From Ascidiella aspersa (taxonomy: Eukaryota): a stretch of 64,000 nt of DNA. Shown one piece after another: positions 60,801 to 64,000 of the stretch. Each line of letters begins with the position of its first letter. Position 1 is the stretch's first letter. The stretch lies in NCBI GenBank assembly GCA_963924565.1, contig OZ004609.1, forward strand, positions 26,226,001 through 26,290,000, written 5' to 3'. The translations under genes were made by a program, and so were the position numbers. The notes under the pieces were generated by a model, which was given only the letters and a program-made list of their open reading frames with translations, was not told the DNA's origin and ran no database searches.

Positions 60801-63800
60801 CTTCTGGAAGATGAAGTGGTGGAGGACCTGCACATTACTAGAGATGTGTCTGCGTGGAGGATCGAGATACCGAGGGTGGAAGATTTGAAGAGGGAAGATG
60901 AGGGAAAGTTGTTTGTCTTCTGCGTTGAAGTCAAGAGAGTGAACATTTCAAATGGTGAGAGATTTGCAGCCAGTTTCTTAACAAAATCTCTTGTTTTGAA
61001 AATCGTAAGAAAAAACTCTTTCTTGTTTAAAACTTGTATAAATGGTGTTATTGTAGAAAATGTCTTCTTGGTAATCCTAATCATAAGAAAAAGGTGTTTC
61101 CTATTGAATTTTTTTTATAAATGCTGTGACTGTAAATGGGATTATAGCATTACATATCTGTCGACTGTGGTTAACTTACCCACTGATCAGACTTAAAAAT
61201 GGCCCAATATTGCGAATTTACTAGTGTATGTAATTTAGTTGACTTCAGTACTGTGTTTACTTCTGCAGATGGCGAAGAACGAGGTGATCATAGCATTACA
61301 TATATGTTGTTTACTTATCCCACTGATCATACTTTTAAATGACCTGATATTACGAATAGTGTATACCTGACATTTTAGCTGACTTAAGCACTGTGTTTAT
61401 TTTTGCAGATGACGAAGAACCAGAGCAGTGGCATGTCTTAAGGCGCTACACTGAATTTTATGTCCTTGAAAGCAAACTGATCGAGTTCCACGGATCTCTG
61501 GCGCCAACTGGCTTGCCACCAAAGAAGCTGTTTGCCCCAAGTTTTGAATTTCTTGACCTGAAAAAGTCTGAATTTGAAAGGTTTTTGAAGGTAATTCAGT
61601 TTTATATGAATAATTCTTTTTGTGAAATACATTGATTCTACGTTTTAAAACAGGAATTGGTTACTAAACCAGCTTTGCGACACAGCGAACTTCTCTATGA
61701 CTTTCTTCTTCCATCTCGAGCTGAGGCAGTTTCAAGGTAATAGCAGAGTGTGATATTGGTAATGTATATTTCGACTAATTGCGTTTTAAAACCTTCTTTG
61801 TTGTCTCGTATACACAGTGTGTCCACATTTTCTTTGCAAAATAGAGAAATGATGTGCGTGATAATTGGGAAATTTGGGAAACCCTACCCCGAAGAAAAAT
61901 TGCAATTTAAACTTTAAAATGAGAAAACAATTTGTTTCAGGTTTGAAAAGAAAGCACTTCCAGATGTTAAGATCGGAAAGTTTTTTCGTCGTGTGCCAAA
62001 CAAGCTGGTAAAAGAAAAGGGTCAACATTTAGAAATGTTTTTCAGCTCAGTCATGCAGCAGTGTGAAGCGCCAAAACCCAAACCAGGGTAAAATTTGTGA
62101 AAATGTATTTTAATTGGTTTTGATTTAATCATGTTTTTTTATTTCACCCAACGTATATACAAACTGAATGTCTTGACTGGTTTCATCTGAATTCAATTGA
62201 CTGGTTGCTTCTGAAACGGGGCTGTATTTTATTTTTATACATCGCTATAACTTTTTAAAACCAAGTGTGTCAGTATTTGATATACTTCTTTATGCTAGTG
62301 ATTTTGAACCAGTATTTACAAAGCCAGAAATATGTAAAACACTAGTTTATTTAGTTACTGGAAACTTTGTGGTAATACGTTATAAATTAAACACAGCACA
62401 CAGATGTTCTCAAGATGTTTTTTATTTTGCAGGAATTATGAGCCTATAACGGACAATCCAGACATCCAAATGGATCAAAAGGTGGGTGACATCAAATTTA
62501 ATGGTTTACTGTTAATGCCGTAGCACCAATGAAATGGTATTCTTTGAAAGCTTGAATTGGAAATTAGGTATTTTTCATGTTTTTTTCCAGCTGCACAGTG
62601 AGCTTTACCCTGAAAGTGACTGGCTTTTCGATTCATTTCCCTCCAATTCTCCTGAAATCACTGGGAAGTCGTACCTCAATGGAGTCTGTGACTATCTCAT
62701 TTACCTTGGTAAGGGTAATAGAAACGTTTTTTTCTTTCAATTCGTTTGTTTATATATGGTATCTAAAACAGTAGTTTTCGTTTGTTTGATGCAAACCTTT
62801 TTTCTTTTTTGCTTTAGCCACACAAGTGTTCGATGCTGGAGAACGAGCTCACAGAGTGATGATAGCTGCAAAAACTATTTTCAGGAACACCCTGGAGCCG
62901 TTTGCGCACAAGTACGATTATTCTGGTGACCTTTTGATGTTTTGTTACCTGTAAATTCTACAGTGCAGCGTAATATTAAACAAAATGAACCACTAAAACG
63001 CGTTGCCAATGGAAATTTTGGTTGTTTTTAAAGTACCTTTGTGTTGTTTTTAGCTATCTCAAGCAGAAAATCGACTGTTATCGGCAGGAGCATCACGTTG
63101 TGTCGCTGATTAACCTATTTCGGGACATAGTGTTCTTCAGTAACGACCCACCAAGGTAAGACTGATCACATTGTAAACCTACTGTTTTCGCTACAAGCAA
63201 GTTACCATTTTATATGTTTTAATGTCGAACTTTTTGCATTTTGGTCCGAATCCTGTTTTTATTCTTAGAACCGAAAGAGAGAAAAACCTTCGACGACATG
63301 CTACTCTTTTAGCTTGGAAAGAATTTATTCCAAGTAAGATCAAAGCTATTTCACCTTGCACATAATGTAATTTTACTATTGTTTCTCAATTTAGGCCAGT
63401 TTGTTCGTTTAATTGGAAAAGAAAAACATGAAGCTGGTTGCAAAAAAGTATTTGACGTTCTTCAACAGCCCAAACTTAACAAACAGGTACTGCATTCTAG
63501 TCTGTTTGCGTTGGTTTTCAATGTGCTTAGAAATTGCTAAAAATAATGCTACTTTACATACTTGAAAATACGTTTTTAGTTTTGGTGCCTTTTAAATTTC
63601 TTTCTAAAAAAACTTTGGCCTACATGTAATATTTTCTCATTGGAATTCATTTGGCTACTAATATACACCTTCGAATAAATTGTTCTTTTGGTTTGCAGCG
63701 GTCAGGTAATGTTAATCTTCTGAGCTCCAATAAACCGGCGTATGTAATTGTTGAATTCTTATTAACACATATTCCTCTTTTTTATCTTTACAGCTTGGGT

Positions 63801-63853
63801 ATATGCTTTTGGATACATTAGTATTGGAACTATTCCCGGAGCTTAAGTCATGA
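54892..63853 (+). CDS. SNX14: Sorting nexin-14 (TM-PXA-RGS-PX-PXC), ~29 exons; first exon (54892-54953) less certain
   Basis: HFMLLFWTFFAGV, CSVCAKENCNRQRP, WQPWVDIEVNEKVD, RGS-like YQFMSFLK..YLQFCLTV..IYLSYC..FQAYDHVYNLLE, PX WHVLRRYTEFYVLESKLIEFHG..LPPKK, KLVKEKGQHLE, C-terminal LQQPKLNKQLGYMLLD..ELFPEL*. Confidence 0.92.
56435..56569. mobile_element. Short hAT-type MITE
   Basis: Termini CAGGTTTTTTTTAAGGT / ACCTTAAAAAAAACACTG, perfect TSD TACACACA. Confidence 0.8.
56695..56772 (+). mobile_element. tRNA-derived SINE head
   Basis: A-box TAACTCAGTTGG and B-box-like GTTTGAACC at tRNA spacing; cloverleaf decayed. Confidence 0.55.
61145..61423 (+). repeat. Diverged tandem duplication (~146-bp unit) of an SNX14 3' splice-site region
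   Basis: tagcattacatat..cccactgatca..ctgtgttta..tgcagATG(G/A)CGAAGAAC present twice. Confidence 0.85.
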
Positions 63854-64000
63854 GATAAATCAAAGGAATGAATAAAGCACTCGTTGTCCAAAACCTTTCC
63901 TATATACAATTTAATAGCAAATTAGTTGTTATAGATTTTACGTTGTGTCTTAATAATTAATCTAACATGCGGTAAATTTATTGGTGCGAGATGTCATATC

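Overview
AT-rich, intron-dense animal genomic DNA. It is most consistent with a marine invertebrate chordate such as an ascidian; this is an inference from gene content, short GT-AG introns and patchy CpG depletion. Five protein-coding genes were assembled by hand from splice sites. (1-2) Two tandem minus-strand paralogues of a secreted collagen-intelectin lectin. Copy B (6503-15754) is complete at 14 exons and 582 aa; copy A runs off the left edge. The intelectin domain is interrupted by a ~230-aa, five-exon module flanked by phase-1 introns. (3) A minus-strand Sowah/SOWAH ankyrin-repeat gene (20397-46188). Its ankyrin loops are assembled from 12-, 3-, 3- and 6-nt microexons, two of them consecutive single-codon exons. 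It also has an apparent internal start and two alternative C-termini. (4) A divergently transcribed ISOC2-like isochorismatase gene (48055-50123). (5) SNX14 (54892-63853). The rest is dense in non-autonomous DNA transposons: many hAT-type MITEs with 8-bp TSDs, and a three-level nest containing an internally deleted Sola2-like element. There are also two Penelope-like inverted-repeat remnants with minimal hammerhead ribozyme motifs and tRNA-derived SINE heads. Most ORFs in the supplied track are exon read-throughs or antisense shadows. No prokaryotic system, CRISPR array or rRNA is present.
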